A stretch of DNA of 64,000 nt, taken from assembly GCF_006345805.1 (NCBI RefSeq), contig NC_043000.1, positions 32,054,001-32,118,000 on the forward strand. The letters are read 5' to 3'. This stretch comes from Octopus sinensis. Lineage: Eukaryota. The position numbers and the translations under genes were made by a program. This document shows positions 25,942-39,790 of the stretch, piece by piece (within the stretch, counting starts at the first letter, position 1; every line of letters starts with the position of its first letter). Under the pieces are notes generated by a model, which saw nothing but the letters and a program-made list of their open reading frames with translations, did no database searches and was not told where the DNA came from.

Positions 25942-27247
25942 GGGAGCACAACTACAAACTTAAATATATATATACACACACACACACACTAGTAATGCAC
26001 CCCGGCGTTGCCCGGGTGATATAACTTAAAACCACATTGTATTATTTGTTCCTTTCTTATGGACAGAATTAGATACGAGGAGTATGAAGCAAAGAACTTT
26101 TCTTTATAAACATGATTTCCGGTCATTTTCTGATGAACAATGCTGCAGTTTCTGTCAACCAAATTCTGTGGTTGGCCTTGGCTATAGTAGAAAACACTTG
26201 CCCAAGGTACCATGCAGTGGAGGCGAACGTGGAACAATGTGATTGTGAAGCAAACTTCTCAACCACACAGTCATTCTTGCACTTAATATGTGTGTGTGTT
26301 TGTGTGTTTATATTTGTTGATAAATCGAATATTATGTCCTACTTCATCTCAAAGTTATCATTTCATCAAGATATCTATAAGATAAATGCCAGATTGAAAT
26401 ACGTACTGAGGTCAGTATGATCAATTAAATTTTTGAAGGTGATACCTCATCATGGCGACAGTCGAAAGACTTAATGGCTTCAAATTTAAGGCAATGGATT
26501 ACTAACCATAAGATAATGAGTTCAAAACTTTGTATTGAACTTCCACTCTATACGATTTTAGTATATGTACATCTCAGTCTATTTGATTTCCAACAATTAA
26601 AAATTGTAATTTGAAGTTGAATGGTTATCAGTAAGAAAGATGTCCGGATTTCTTTAAAAAATTTATTGTGCAAAATATCCTGAGGAAAAGTATTTTTTCA
26701 CCAGAATAAAACACACACACACACAGATGTCTCTGTGGTAACTTGAGCTACTACAAATAGCAGCCAAATCTCTCTTAAAACACATTCTTTCATCAAAAGA
26801 AAGACACAGATTTACAGTATTTCAGCAAGAAAAAAAACTATACGATAGGTTTGCTACATCAGCGGCAATTCAGGGCTAAACAAAACACAGACAAATGTTC
26901 TTCATAATTAAAGATTATCTACTAAATAATACTAATAAAGTTGGCGGTGCATCTTCATTCCCTGGTAAAACTCCATGTGTTTTAAACATTTTCTCATAAT
27001 GCTCTATCTAAGACATAAAGATTGTTCAGACAGGGTTGTCTCCCTTTGCTAAAAAATTCAAAATTGTGTGACACGACCTTGTTTTCGAGGTTATTTTTAT
27101 AGTACGAAAAAGTTGTGCAAAAAAACATACTTTATTTGGTAGCTGAAAGATTACTGAATCTTTTGATACCTCATGCGTCAAAATCGGCAACTCAGTTTTC
27201 GAATCCATAAGGAACATACCTGTTTTATATATTAAGATATATATGTA

Positions 27248-28206
27248 TCAGGTCATCCCATAAATTCTGTCCGAATTTTGAATAAAGAAAACAAGTGATC
27301 AAACGTTTTATTTATTTGAAATTTAATCATCAATGTACTTTCCCTGATTATCTATGACTTCCTTCAATCTATTTACAAGCTTTTTAATCCCATCAATGTA
27401 AAACTCTTTTGGTTTCAAAGCGAAGAACTCTGAAATGTCAGTTTCGACCTCTTCCTGGCTTGCGAAAGTTATGTCCTCCAAATGAGGTTGAGCTTTTCCC
27501 TTTTACCAAACCACGATGTAACATTTGTTTAACGGCGTTTAACATTTCGATAGAAGATCCATTTTTCGTCACCAGTCACAAGTCTATCCAAAAAGGGTGA
27601 AATGAGTTCACGAGAATGGAGAGAAGAGCAGATGTCAACTTGGGGTTTGCGGTTGCTTTCGGACAATTCATGAGGAATTCATTTTCCAAGTTCAGGAACC
27701 TTTCCAAGTTGTTGAAAATGACGATGAACAGTTGTATGGTTTGAACTAAGCTTTATTGCCAATTCTTCAACTGATAATGCAGGATTTTCTTCAAGTAATG
27801 CCTCAATGAGCTTATCCTCAAACTCAACTGGATGTCCTGTTCGATCTTCATCTTCAAGGCTGAAATCTCCACTCCTGAATTTTGCAAACCGTCTTCTGCA
27901 AGTTCTTTCATTCAAGCATTCTTTCTCATAAACTGAGTGTATGTTTCGAGTCGCTTCGGCTGCAGAGTTTCCTTTTTTGTATTCATAAAGCATTATGTGA
28001 CTCAATTGCTCTTTGGATACTTCCATGTTAGAAAGAGTTTTAATCAAAGACATTTTAATTCTATTATTCTCTAAAATAATATTTAATTAGTTTAAATGTA
28101 CACAAATGCATAAAAATATTTTTTAATTCCATTAGACATTCTAAAATACTATTAAATTTCATTCAATTTAAAAGGTAAAATCGGACAGAACTTATAGATG
28201 ACCTGA
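27248..28206 (-). mobile_element. Mariner, internally deleted
   Basis: TIRs TCAGGTCATCYATAARTTCTGTCCGA with TA at 27246-47 and 28207-08. Reads MEVSKEQLSHIMLYEYKKG..FRSGDFSLEDEDRTGHP and TGDEKWI. Confidence 0.92.
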
Positions 28207-28450
28207 TATGTGTGTGTATGTGTGTTTGTGTGTGTGTGTGTGTGTGTATCTGTGTGTGTATGTGTGTGTGTGAATAGATAGATAGATAGATTTCTATATA
28301 TGTATATATTTATAACTGAACTATAGAAGATCAACTAATTCTAAGCCTCCCTCTTTTCACTTTTCAGCATCTCGGATAATTGTGATTTTTTTTTTTTTCA
28401 GTTCACCTGCCTCACAGTGAGAAGTCCTTCAATTTTCTTCTTCTCTTCCT

Positions 28451-28492
28451 GTCTGATGAACCAACAACTGGTCGGAGAAACTCCAGAGTAAC
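28451..28492 (+). ncRNA. Type I hammerhead ribozyme candidate in a Penelope-like terminal remnant (about 28330-28572)
   Basis: GT-CTGATGA-a-CCAAC(aactg)GTCGG-a-GAA-ACTC(ca)GAGT-A-AC. Intact core and GUA triplet; stem I only 2 bp. Confidence 0.55.
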
Positions 28493-28576
28493 TAAATGAT
28501 ACATCAAATATTAATTACTACACTCAACTATGAATCTGTTACTTTTTGTCCCGCTCTTTGAGACCAGTGGTATATA

Positions 28577-28994
28577 GGCGGCGAGCTGGCAGAAACGTTA
28601 GCACGCCGGGCGAAATGCCTAGCGGTATTTCGTCTGCCGTTACGTTCTGAGTTCAAATTCCGTCGAGGTCAACTTTGCCTTTCATCTTTTCGGGATCGAT
28701 TAAATAAGTACCAGTTATGCACTGGGCTCGATGTAATCGACTTAACCCGTTTGTCTGTCCTTGTTTGTCCTCTCTGTGTTTAGCCCCTTATGGGTAGTAA
28801 AGAAATAGGTATTTCGTCTGCCGCTACGTTCTGAGTTCTAATTCCGTCGAGGTCGACTTTACCTTTCATCCTTTCGGTGTCGATTAAATAAGTACCAGTT
28901 ACGTACTCAGGTCGATGTAATCGGCTTAATCCGTGTGTCTGTCTTTGTTTGTCCCCTCTGTGTTTAGCCCCTTGTGGGTATTAAAGAAATAGGT
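28577..28994 (+). mobile_element. SINE family A tandem dimer (full copy plus 5'-truncated copy)
   Basis: The first unit ends AAAGAAATAGGT near 28810 and runs directly into the internal ATTTCGTCTGCCG of the second unit. Confidence 0.9.
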
Positions 28995-29109
28995 ATGTTG
29001 TGTGTGTGAACTGCGTATGGGTGTGTGAAAGCGTGTAATAGTGTGCATGTGCGTGTATATGTACGTATGTCTGTTTATTCATACGTATATATATATATAC
29101 ACATATATA

Positions 29110-29185
<76 letters not shown>

Positions 29186-29212
29186 TATACATCTATATGT
29201 ACATTCATATAT

Positions 29213-29660
29213 AGGCGCAGACGTGGGAGTGGGAAGAAGTTTACCTCCCAACTATATGGTACCGGGTTCAGTCCCACTGCGTGGCACCTTGGCCAGGTAT
29301 CTTCTACGATAGCTTTGGGGCAACCAAAAACTTGTGGGTGGATTTGGTAGACGAAAACTGAAAGAAGCCCGTTTTATATATGTACATACATACATACATA
29401 CATACATACATACATACATACATACATACATACATGTGTGTGCATGTATCTATGTTTCTGTCCCTCACTACCCCTTGACAACCGGTGTCGGTGTATTTAC
29501 GTCCCTGTAACTTAACGGTTCGGCAAAAGAGCCCGATAGATTAAGCTGCAGGCTTTTAGAAATCATAAGAGTACTGAGGTCGGTTCATTCGATTAGGAAT
29601 TCATGAAGGTAGGTAGCCGTAGCATGGCCGCAATTTAATTAATGAAACAATTAAATGAAC
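29213..29660 (+). mobile_element. tRNA-derived SINE family C with internal microsatellite; other copies at 32029-32380 (+), partial at 5660-5800 (+), 19455-19580, 26140-26280 and 56200-56360 (-)
   Basis: GGTTCAGTCCCACTGCGTGGCACCTTGG head, GATTTGGTAGACG.AAACTGAAAGAAGCCCG, then TACGTCCC.GTAACTTA.CGGTTCG.CAAAA. Confidence 0.75.
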
Positions 29661-31672
29661 GTATCAGGCAAAGAGTGAGGCGAGAGAGAGAAGCAAAGAA
29701 GTGAGAGTAAATGAAAGAGAGAGAGAGAGAGAGAACGTTGTTATGTGAAGCGATGAAATCCTTAGTGTTGGCTACAGTTGCCGTTCAAAGCCTCTTTACA
29801 TCAATCAAACAAATCCGGGAGGAAACTTAGGGGTTGCCTATGAATCATAGACACACATCACATACCTAAAATCACACACGTGTATGTCTGTTGAGAAACG
29901 CACGTGCTGTTGTACGCATGTAATTACAGCCATACCTATGCAAATAGTTACACACATGGCATAGATACGTGCATGCATGCATACATATATAAATGCATAA
30001 ACACACACATACACATATATACATATATACCTATACATATATATACATAATATATATATGTATATATATATATATTATGTATATATATATATATATATTA
30101 TGTATATATATATATACATAATATATATATATAATGTATATATATATAGATAGATAGATATATACATACATAACATACACGCATGCATACGTACATACAT
30201 GCGTACATATATATATACATACATGCGTACATACCTATATACTCACACACATTCATACGTACATGCATGTATACATACATACACACACACATACATACAT
30301 AGAAATATATATTCACATACATGCGTACATACCTACATACACACATACATACATACGTACATGCATGATACATACATACACACACACATATATACATACA
30401 CACATACACACGTACACACACGCGCACACACGCACATAATACATACATACATACATACATACATACATACATACATACATACATACATACATACATACAT
30501 ACATACATACATACATACATACATACATACATACATACTAGCTGTGATTGGGGGTGTGAATGTGAGAGAAATATGAGACGTGAGGCAGAGAAATCTCGGT
30601 AATGGAGCGAGCAGATAATAGCTGGAGATGAAAGAGAGCATTGACAGTCAATGCAAATGGCGATTGTGAATAGCACGATAGCTAGCTGGCCAAGTAAGTG
30701 TAAGGCAAGCATGTTGCCATAAATATCGATGTAAATGTTCCTTAAATGTGTGACTTGAATCTAAAACAACATTCGCTGAAACTAAAAGCAAATAAGAACG
30801 ATGAGTGATTCTTCATTCCTAGTTTTCTCAAGTTTTCATTTCTACGTTTAAAATTGTTTAAAATTTTCATTCACAGAAGTTTACGATACATCCTAAAGTA
30901 AACATACAATTTAGGGCTTTAAAGTGAAAGTAAATTGACCGGAAGTGACGACATTGGAATCCCATAATTTCATGTAAGCATTCTATGTAACATAACTTAC
31001 TTACCTGTACTTGTGGCATCTCGAACAATGGCAGTGGAAGATGTTCCGTGGGAATATGAATTTCACAAGCGGTCCCCAACAATCCCGCATGTAGAGACAT
31101 CCTGTTTGCCGCAGATTGTCCGCAGACGCAGGGACAGAACGACCGAGGAGCCGCCGGTTGCCGAAACAGACACTCCGAGGAATAACCAACGAATAGAACT
31201 AGGATGGACAACAACAACGTTAACATTTCGCTCGGGTCATCTTGTGCGGCTCAGTAGGTGTGTAAGAATATCTCATCGCTCACATAGAAGTGTTTTGGCT
31301 ATCATGCGTCGACATACAAACCACTCAAAGGTTATTTCGTTTCATGATATAGAACATTAGAACAGTGTTCCTCAGCTGCTATTTCTGAAGTATTTAGCAT
31401 ATCACAAAGAAACTACAAGTTGGTGCCTGAAGATGCGACAAAATAAGACTTCTGTTAATGTTCTCGTTAAAACAATTATCGGATGTCACTGTCGTTATCT
31501 CCGATTTATTTATTTTCCTGTTTTTAAACCCCCAAACTGTATGTTAGGACTTCCTATTTCCCCAGAATACTGTCTCTATGTCAAATCTCAATGTCAGCGA
31601 ATGATTCTGGTTTTTAGGCATTCGGGTTAACTGTATCCTCTGGTCTCCAATTCTAAGACTGTAACGATATAA

Positions 31673-31904
31673 AGGCAGCGAGCTGGCAGAAACGTTAGTA
31701 CGCCGGGCGAAATGCGTGGCTGTATTTCGTCTGCCGTTACGTTCTGAGTTCAAATTCCGCCGAGGTCGACTTTGCCTTTCATCCTTTCGGGGTCGATAAT
31801 TTAAGTACCAGTTACGCACTGGGGTCGATGTAATCGACTTAATCCGTTTGTCTGTCTTTGTTTGTCCCCTCTGTGTTTAGCCCCTTGTGGGTAGTAAAGA
31901 AATA
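31673..31904 (+). mobile_element. SINE family A
   Basis: Full length; GATATAAAGG repeated at both ends. Confidence 0.9.
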
Positions 31905-33430
31905 GATATAAAGGATTGAAGCTATTCAAATTAGATGCGATGAATTTGATACAAGAAAAAAAGCTAAAACCTTTATGAGAGGTTTTTTTTTCCAGCCAAA
32001 GATACCGGAATGGTATTGCGGTTAAGAAGCTTCTTCACTAACCATGTGGTTCTGGATTAAGTGCCACCGCGCGCGGCGCCTTGGGTAAATATCTTCTACA
32101 TCCGGGACGACCTATCTCTTGTGAAATTTGGCAGACGGAAACTATGAGAAACCCGTCCAATGTGTATATACGTGGGAGGGGGTATGCACGCGCGCGTTTG
32201 TGTGTCTTTGTGTTCATGTTTGTCTCTCCACTCGGTCTTAGTTTTCTTACGTCCCCGTAACTTAGCGGTTCGACAAAAAACGACGATAGAATAAACACCA
32301 GACTTAAGTACTATGGTCAATTTGTTCTAGTAACCCTACAAAGCGGTGCTCCAGCATGACCGCAGTAATAGAGTAAAAGACTAGAGTGTCTTGTTGGTGT
32401 AATGTGCCGCTATACAAGTTGCTTCCCTTTTTGTTTGTACTGTTATGATTCAGCATTGATTTGAGGCCCTCTTCCGTTTCGTTTTGTGGTGAATAAAAAC
32501 TAAGAAAGGACTTGATTTTTATGTTAATTTATGTTAATTTATGTCTCACATTTAGAGGCAGCAAGAGGTTATATTTATCCTCCCGTCCAGAACATACCTA
32601 CAATACTAATCAGCAATAGGCTACCAACTTTGATTGACTGAAATAAACTGTGAGAGTTACCAAAATAAAAACTGGGAACTAGGGCTACTTCCGGTTTAAA
32701 TATAATTACTGCTACCATCAGAAGAAAAAGCAAAGTGGTCGTTGCATAGTTTTGAGCTTAAATTCCTTTAGGATGGCCTTCCCCTTTTTCTACTTTCTAA
32801 ATCGCTCAAACAACAATTAAAACAGTGAGATTGTTGCAGTCGACGTTATCCCCTTCTCCATGAAATTGGAAATTTGCCATAAAAGCTAAGAAATAAACCA
32901 GCTGTCTCATTTAAAGTCTAGTAATAATAGTCCCCCGTTTATAACATTATATATTAGCTGTCACGGAAAGTGGTTTGTGTTTGGCAACATTTAGAATATA
33001 TTGCATGACGAGATTGTCAGTTGTTTCTTACGTACTTTAAGACCAATTATTCACTTAAACTTCTGCCTGGTCGGAACTTAGCTGAAACTGAAAATACTTA
33101 ATGTGAACAGCGAACTAAAATAAATTAACTCATTGTTGACCTGGCTTCACAGATGACATCGTTGCAGAAATTTTGTCGTAAACATTGAGAAATAAATTGA
33201 TAAAGTGCTACATAGTCTTGCTTTTAAAAATTGATTCGGGAAAATCGTTTTTTTTTTAAAGTATTGTGTTCGCAGTACTATGAAAGACATACTCACACAC
33301 ACACATGTATATACTCACATATATTTACGTATATACATATATGCATACACACATATATACATACACACACACACACATATATATGCGTGTGTGTGCGTGA
33401 GTGTGCATACATGTTATATATATATATGTA

Positions 33431-34570
33431 TACTAGCTGAAGGTGACCCGCTCTACGCGCGGGTAAGAGTGTGGTTGTTACTTTCTGTTGCTTCCTTTCA
33501 GCACGTAAAAAGCACCATCCGAACGTGGCCGATTGCAGCGCCGCCTTGACTGGCTTCTGTGCCGGTGGCACGTAAAAAGCACCAACCGATCGTTGCCGCT
33601 GCGAGCCCCCCTGGCACCTGTGCCGGCGGCACGAAAAAACACCCACTACACTCACAGAGTGGTTGGCGTTAGGAAGGTCATCCACCTGTAGAAACACTGC
33701 CAGATCAGACTGGAGCCTGGTGCAGCTTCCTGGCTTCCCAGACCCCGGTCAAACTGTCCAACCCGTGCTAGCACGGAAAACGGACGTTAAACGATGATGA
33801 TGATGATGATGATTCTCCCTCTTTGTTTCTCTCTCACTTTCCCACTCCCTTACTTTTCTTTTCTCTCGGACTCTCCCTCGCTTTCTCTTACTCTCTATCT
33901 TTATCTATCTCTCTCCCATTTATAAACAACAAAAGATCTTGAGTAAGTTGAGAAATAAAATATTTAGAAAGATCAATCATAAATATCAGGCAGTGGCAAC
34001 GGAAAGGTCTGCTTCAATGCAGACAGCAAAACGTTAATATTTAAAAGGGACAGACGAACTTGCGAGCTGAATAAAAATAATAAAATATTGGAAACCAAAG
34101 TTTGAAGGGATAGAATGTGAGGATAGTAGAGTCACCATGCCTGGCATTTCTTAACGACGGACAGCAACGTATTGACAGTTTAACGGCTGGCGTAAAATTT
34201 TGAACTTGATGTAAAAGAAAATTCGTAAACACCAAGTTTTGAAGTGGTTCTTTCTCACGACAGTAGACTCATCATGGCAAGCATTCAAAATTTCTTCATC
34301 ATGGACGGCAACACATTGACGATTAAAAGGCTGGCGCAAATTTTTTAGCTTGATGTAACAGAGAATTCCTAAACACTCGCTGATTGAAATTTTAATCCCC
34401 TTCCAGCCCCATTTAGACCCCTTTTCACATTTTGGTTAATATAACCCGATTTCATTCGGGTCTACTGGGGCCACATTTTATAAGATGAGGAATTTTGTCC
34501 TAGAGGTCACGCCTTTCATTTGAGGAAAAAAATAGTTGTCATGCAAACTTGCCAGCACTTTTAACATAGG
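33431..34570. mobile_element. Helitron/Helentron-like element with a nested insertion and an internal tandem duplication of about 135 bp
   Basis: Terminus ACTAGCTGAAGGTGACCCGCTCTACGCGCGGG (hairpin). Duplicated units start GTAGAGTCACCATG (34126) and GTAGACTCATCATG (34263). Right boundary uncertain. Confidence 0.45.
33495..33812 (+). mobile_element. Retroposon 3' end with (GAT)n tail (RTE-related SINE/LINE tail); degenerate copy at 59040-59292
   Basis: Repeated GCACGTAAAAAGCACC units, GGTTGGCGTTAGGAAGG, and GGACGTTAAAC(GAT)n. Confidence 0.7.
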
Positions 34571-35174
34571 TGTGCATATTTTCAGCTGAACCGACCGACC
34601 ACATAATGCACACATGATATATATATATATGTGTGTTTGTGTGTGTGCACGTATTATATATACAAATGTATACAAATTATATATATATATATATATATAT
34701 GTGTATGTATAAATTAAATTAGAGATAAAACCACTAATAGGCAAATCAAACAGTGAAAAACCAAAAACAAAAACATAAAAATAAAAATTTAATATAGAAA
34801 ATATATAAAATATAAAATTTAAAAATTTAAATTATTTAAATTTAAAATAAAAATTATTAAATTATATTTATAATTTGTTTAAAAATATATATAACTATCA
34901 AAAAGTGTTAAAAAGTTTAATATACATGAATACAGATATATACACTTTGTATATATACATTATATATACATATTTATATATCGAACACACACACACACAC
35001 ACACATATATAAATGAACGCAAGAAATATCTGATTCATAATATTTGTTCTCATGCTCGTGTTTTGGTGGTGGCGATGATAATTCTCTCTATGAATGCAGA
35101 CAGATACATAAAAGAACGCCGTTTGACGAACTTATAAAGGGAAACTGAAGGGGAGTTAGAGAGGAATGGAGGAA

Positions 35175-35670
35175 ATAGCGTGAGTGAGGAAGACAGAAAC
35201 GTAAAAGAACGGGAGTGGACTTGTCAAAGTGGGTTTTTGGCCCTAGCAACGACACCTTTTAAGATAGGGATTTCTAAAGTAGCCCACGGGCATCGTCACC
35301 TCATTTTACATGTCCGTGTAAATTTTGGAGTCAATCCAACGGAATTTAGTGGCCTTGAAAGCGATCCAAGCGGTGGAAACGCATTTCAGTTTTTTGCAAA
35401 TGAGAATTTTTTTTATTATTTAATAATAGTATGGGGCATCGCTGCGTCCACCATTTGTTGGTGGCTCCCTTCTACTTTTAGTGGATGACACCTTTGCACC
35501 ACTCAGGTGACAACCCACCAACCCATGGGTCTGTTTGAGTAGTCTTCGCTGATGAGGGTTTTACGAGGTCGGAGTGCGAATCCTAACCCAACCTTTCTTA
35601 GTTGCCTTTTACGACAAGCAGAGGAAACGTTGAGTCTTTTCTTTGGCATACCTGGCCCCCACACAGCACG
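35175..35670 (-). mobile_element. Possible non-LTR retrotransposon 5' UTR remnant
   Basis: GC-richer island carrying CTGCTTGTCGTAAAAGGCAACTAA, resembling a hairpin motif I recall from invertebrate retroposon leaders. Unverified. Confidence 0.3.
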
Positions 35671-35832
35671 AAAACGCAAACGAATGATTGTACGTACGCC
35701 ATATTTCTTGATATTACCTATGGAGGGAAAAGTATACTTCCAAAGTTATATGACGAGCATATACATACATACATACATACATACATACATACATACATAC
35801 ATACATACATACGCGCGTGTGTGTGCGCGCGC

Positions 35833-35941
<109 letters not shown>

Positions 35942-35944
35942 AAA

Positions 35945-36078
<134 letters not shown>

Positions 36079-36390
36079 CTTAAGTTTATAACAGGCAATG
36101 GAATTCCGGAAAAAAAAATAAAATCGGTTTTAGATTTGTTCAACTTATAAAACTGAAAGAAGTATTGGCTATGAAAATACAATTCTTGAGAAATGGTGAG
36201 ACATAGAACTGGGAATATTGTTGTCTATTGATTTGCCAATTGGTGCCAAACACTGTTTTCTGGTGTATTAGGTCTGTGGCCTGCCAAATGTTGCAACAGG
36301 AATAAAATGCTAAGTCGTTTCAAGTCGTGAATACTGTCTAGCATTTAGCTCAAATGTTTTATCTGAGCAGTGGACTTAATGGTGTCCACA

Positions 36391-36442
36391 CAACTACTAC
36401 CACTACTACTACTACTGCTGCTACTACTACTACTACTACTAC

Positions 36443-36523
<81 letters not shown>

Positions 36524-36745
36524 CACTACCACCACCACTACTACTACTACTGCTACTACTACTACCACTACCACCACTACTACTACTACTACTACCACTA
36601 CCACCACTACTACTACTACCACCACTACCACTACCACTATTAATACCACTACTACCACTACTACTACCACTACTACAACTACTACCACTACTACCACAAC
36701 TGCTACTACCACTACTACTACTGCTACAACTACTACAGCAGCAGC
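36391..36745. repeat. Compound (ACT/ACC/AAT)n trinucleotide array
   Basis: Direct reading; explains the poly-T/V/L ORFs. Confidence 0.95.
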
Positions 36746-36954
36746 AACAATAATATTAACAGCAGTAAAAATGGTAACAGCAAATGCAACATCAACATCT
36801 ACGAATATAACTACAACACCAACAATGGCAAACGACAATCCCAACAGCAGCAATAACATCAACAATACCACCAACAACAACAACTAAAAACAACTACCAC
36901 TGCTAGAGTAGCGGCAGCAACAGCAGCAGCATGGCAACAATAACAGCAACAGCA

Positions 36955-37340
36955 GTGGAGGCGCAATGGCCCAGTGGTTAGGGCAGCAGACTCGCGGTCA
37001 GAGGATCGCGGCTTCGATTCCAAGACCGGGCGCTGTGTGTGTTTATTGAGCGAAAACACTTAAAGCTCCACGAGGCTCCGGCAAGGGGTGGTGGCGACCC
37101 CTGTTGTACTCTTTCGCCACAACTTTCTCTCACTCTTTCTTCCTGTTTCTTGTCCCCGACTTCCTACGCAACCGCTGAGCTTGGATGCGCATTCATCCAT
37201 CCGTCGATGCTCTCGGTATCGGGGGTTAACCTGCTTTCTCTTCTGCGGGTCTTACGAATAGCAAAGGACCACATTTCGGACTTCTCCCATGAGGACGAAG
37301 ATCGCTTCGCTCAACAAAGAAACAAAGAAACAAACAAACA
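36955..37340 (+). mobile_element. SINE family B, second copy
   Basis: Colinear with 3303-3678; lies in a CAG/CAA-rich tract. Confidence 0.85.
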
Positions 37341-38593
37341 GCAACCACTATACAATAATGCTATAGAAAAGGAGGAGGAGGAAGAAGAGGAGGAGGCAGA
37401 GGAAGAGAAGGAGATGGTAAGGGTGTCGTTGTTGTGTAGGCCCAGGTATGCCTCGTGCGACAAGTTCCATGAGATCATAGGCATCCGTTTTTTGTCCTTT
37501 AAGATTTAGATACTTTCCGTATATTTAAGTTTGCTAAAAATATCTTTCAGTTGTTGGAATTACCAGCAATACTCTCAGACTGGCACAGACATTTAGTTTG
37601 GAATGAGTTAATAAAATTTACAATTCTAAAGAAATGTTCCTCGTTAAGTGGGTTGGATTCAGTAACCGTTTGCTTCTTCGAACTCACTTCCCAGACGTTT
37701 TGGGACATCTCAACATGAAATCAAAATGTTCAACCAATCTTTTAATGATATTAAGACTTATAATTAATCTTGAAATAACATTATCAACCAAAGCATAAAC
37801 CGCAAATTGTGTTTGACGTCTCTTCCAGCAAGTCGTGCATATCAACCTTTTTTCCGCCTCACTGGTTTATCAGGTGTTGTGCTGTCGTGTTATTTTTACT
37901 TTCGATTCACGCCTCTGCGCCCATAGAAGACTGTAATTTCCATCTCAATGTCTCATGCTTTCCTCATTGGTTTTATTCCAGATTTTTTTCAAATTATTTT
38001 ATAACTTCAGCTATTCGTCAATGCGAGTTTCTATGTCAAATAACGCTATATTGAATGTGGCGTCTCTGGCTTGAATGAGTTTTTTTTTAAATATCTACTT
38101 GCGTCAGCACTTTATACCAAACGGACCACATTAACACAAAAAATCTTTACTGACAATGCTAATACTCCGCTTTCTACAATTTTTTTTCTTTTTTGTCTTG
38201 CTCGTTAAACTGCGATTGTGGTGTTAACAGGCGGCTGTCTTCATTCTTTATCTTGCATTTTAAGTTAAATTTTAACGTGTAAATATCTTTAATTCTTGTC
38301 TTGGCTATTAAATGAAGCAGTAAAAGATCTTGCAATGAAGAATTGAATGGTAGTACGGTGATATTCAAAAGGTTTCATCCATTCAGACTTGTCAGGCCTC
38401 CTATTTTCTGAAATACTGCGAAAACTGAAAGGACTCTTCTATTCTAAGGTGAGAACTAAACAAATGACGTCTTTGAATCGTTCTTTTAAGTTAGAAAGTG
38501 TTTCTTTTGGCTCTTTTCTCGTCGTTTTGAAATCCTCACAGTTTTTGTCACTTTACGAGGAAGTGCTGAAAAGTTCTTTGGGTAAAAGAAAAT

Positions 38594-39790
38594 GCAGGGG
38601 GATCAGTTAATTATCATGTTATTCAACACACTCCCTTCTCAGCTCCACACATACTAATTGCAGCGGTCCTTCAGTTTTTCTAAACTCTGTATAAAGAACT
38701 GGGAAAGCTGGGCCTCCAATCAGGCCTCTGTAGCAGCAATCACTTCCGAATCGGAGTGAAATTTCGTTCCCTAGAGATGTTTCTTCATTTGCAGAACGAG
38801 GTGATAATTAGAGGGGGCCAAGTCAGGAGAGTAAGATGGGTGTTCTACCAATTCGAAATCAAAGTCCTGTATTTTCCATAGAGTTTCATGTGCGGTGTGT
38901 GCTGGTGCATTGTCCTGCAAAAACAAAACACCATAGCTCAGCTTTCCACGGTGTTTCTGCTTTAAAGATCCACGCAGTTCGTCCAACAGAAACATGTTGT
39001 ATTCTGCATTGACGGTGCGACCCTTTGGCATGTATTTTATGAGGAGAATTCCGTCTTTGTCCCAGAACACTGAGACCAGAATCTGTCTTTCTGACCTCTG
39101 GGTTCGAAACTTCTTGGGGCGCAGTGAACCGTTGTATTGATTGCTGCTTAATCTGGGGTTCATAATGTTGAACCTAAGTTTCATTAGGGTGACTAAACTA
39201 GCCATAAAATCAACCTCTCTTGCAACCAACCGGTTCAAAATCGCCTTTAATGTCGTCAATCTGATGCGCTTCTGATCTGTGTTCAGGCATTTCAGCACCC
39301 ATTTTGCGGAAAGCTTTCTCATGTCCAGAACTTTGTGGATAATGTGACCAACTCTTTCGCGGGAAATCCCCAGAATATCAACGTTAGCTTTAGGTGAAAT
39401 CTGTCAGTCCTCGAGAATCAAGAAATTCACAGCGTCTGCTTTTGTCCTTTGTGGTCGCGAAAGTTGGTCATCCTGACTGGGGTTCATCTGTGACGTCAAA
39501 ATGACCAGTCCGAAATTTTGACCACAGATTTTCACTGTGGAGTAAGATGGACAGCCATCTTTTAAGACTTCCTTCATCTCACCATGGATTTCCGCATTTC
39601 CCTTGCCTTGCAAAAAGAGGAACTTCATGGCCGTCCGTGCTTCAATTTTACCAAAATCTACAGTGGGAGCTGCCATCATTCGTTAAATCTACAAAAAAGA
39701 GAAAGATATATTTATACCCTCATGACTTTTTGCATGCCTTCTAAATAGTAGTCCTTTCTTAAGATGTCCGACATTTTTAATACCTCCTTT
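38594..39790 (-). mobile_element. Mariner (irritans/Hsmar2-like), near full length, frameshifted
   Basis: MKFLFLQGK, LSAKWVLKCL, SVFWDKDGILLI, LQDNAPAH and HPSYSPDLAPSNYHL. TIRs degraded. Confidence 0.9.

Noticed and set aside
31013-31360. 115-aa ORF with TFRSGHLVR, similar to Gypsy pol tails
   Set aside because: A single short motif with no RT, integrase or LTR pair nearby.
31422-31485. CTGAAGA followed by a weak stem and AAAAC
   Set aside because: No G12 and no stem I; too degenerate to call.
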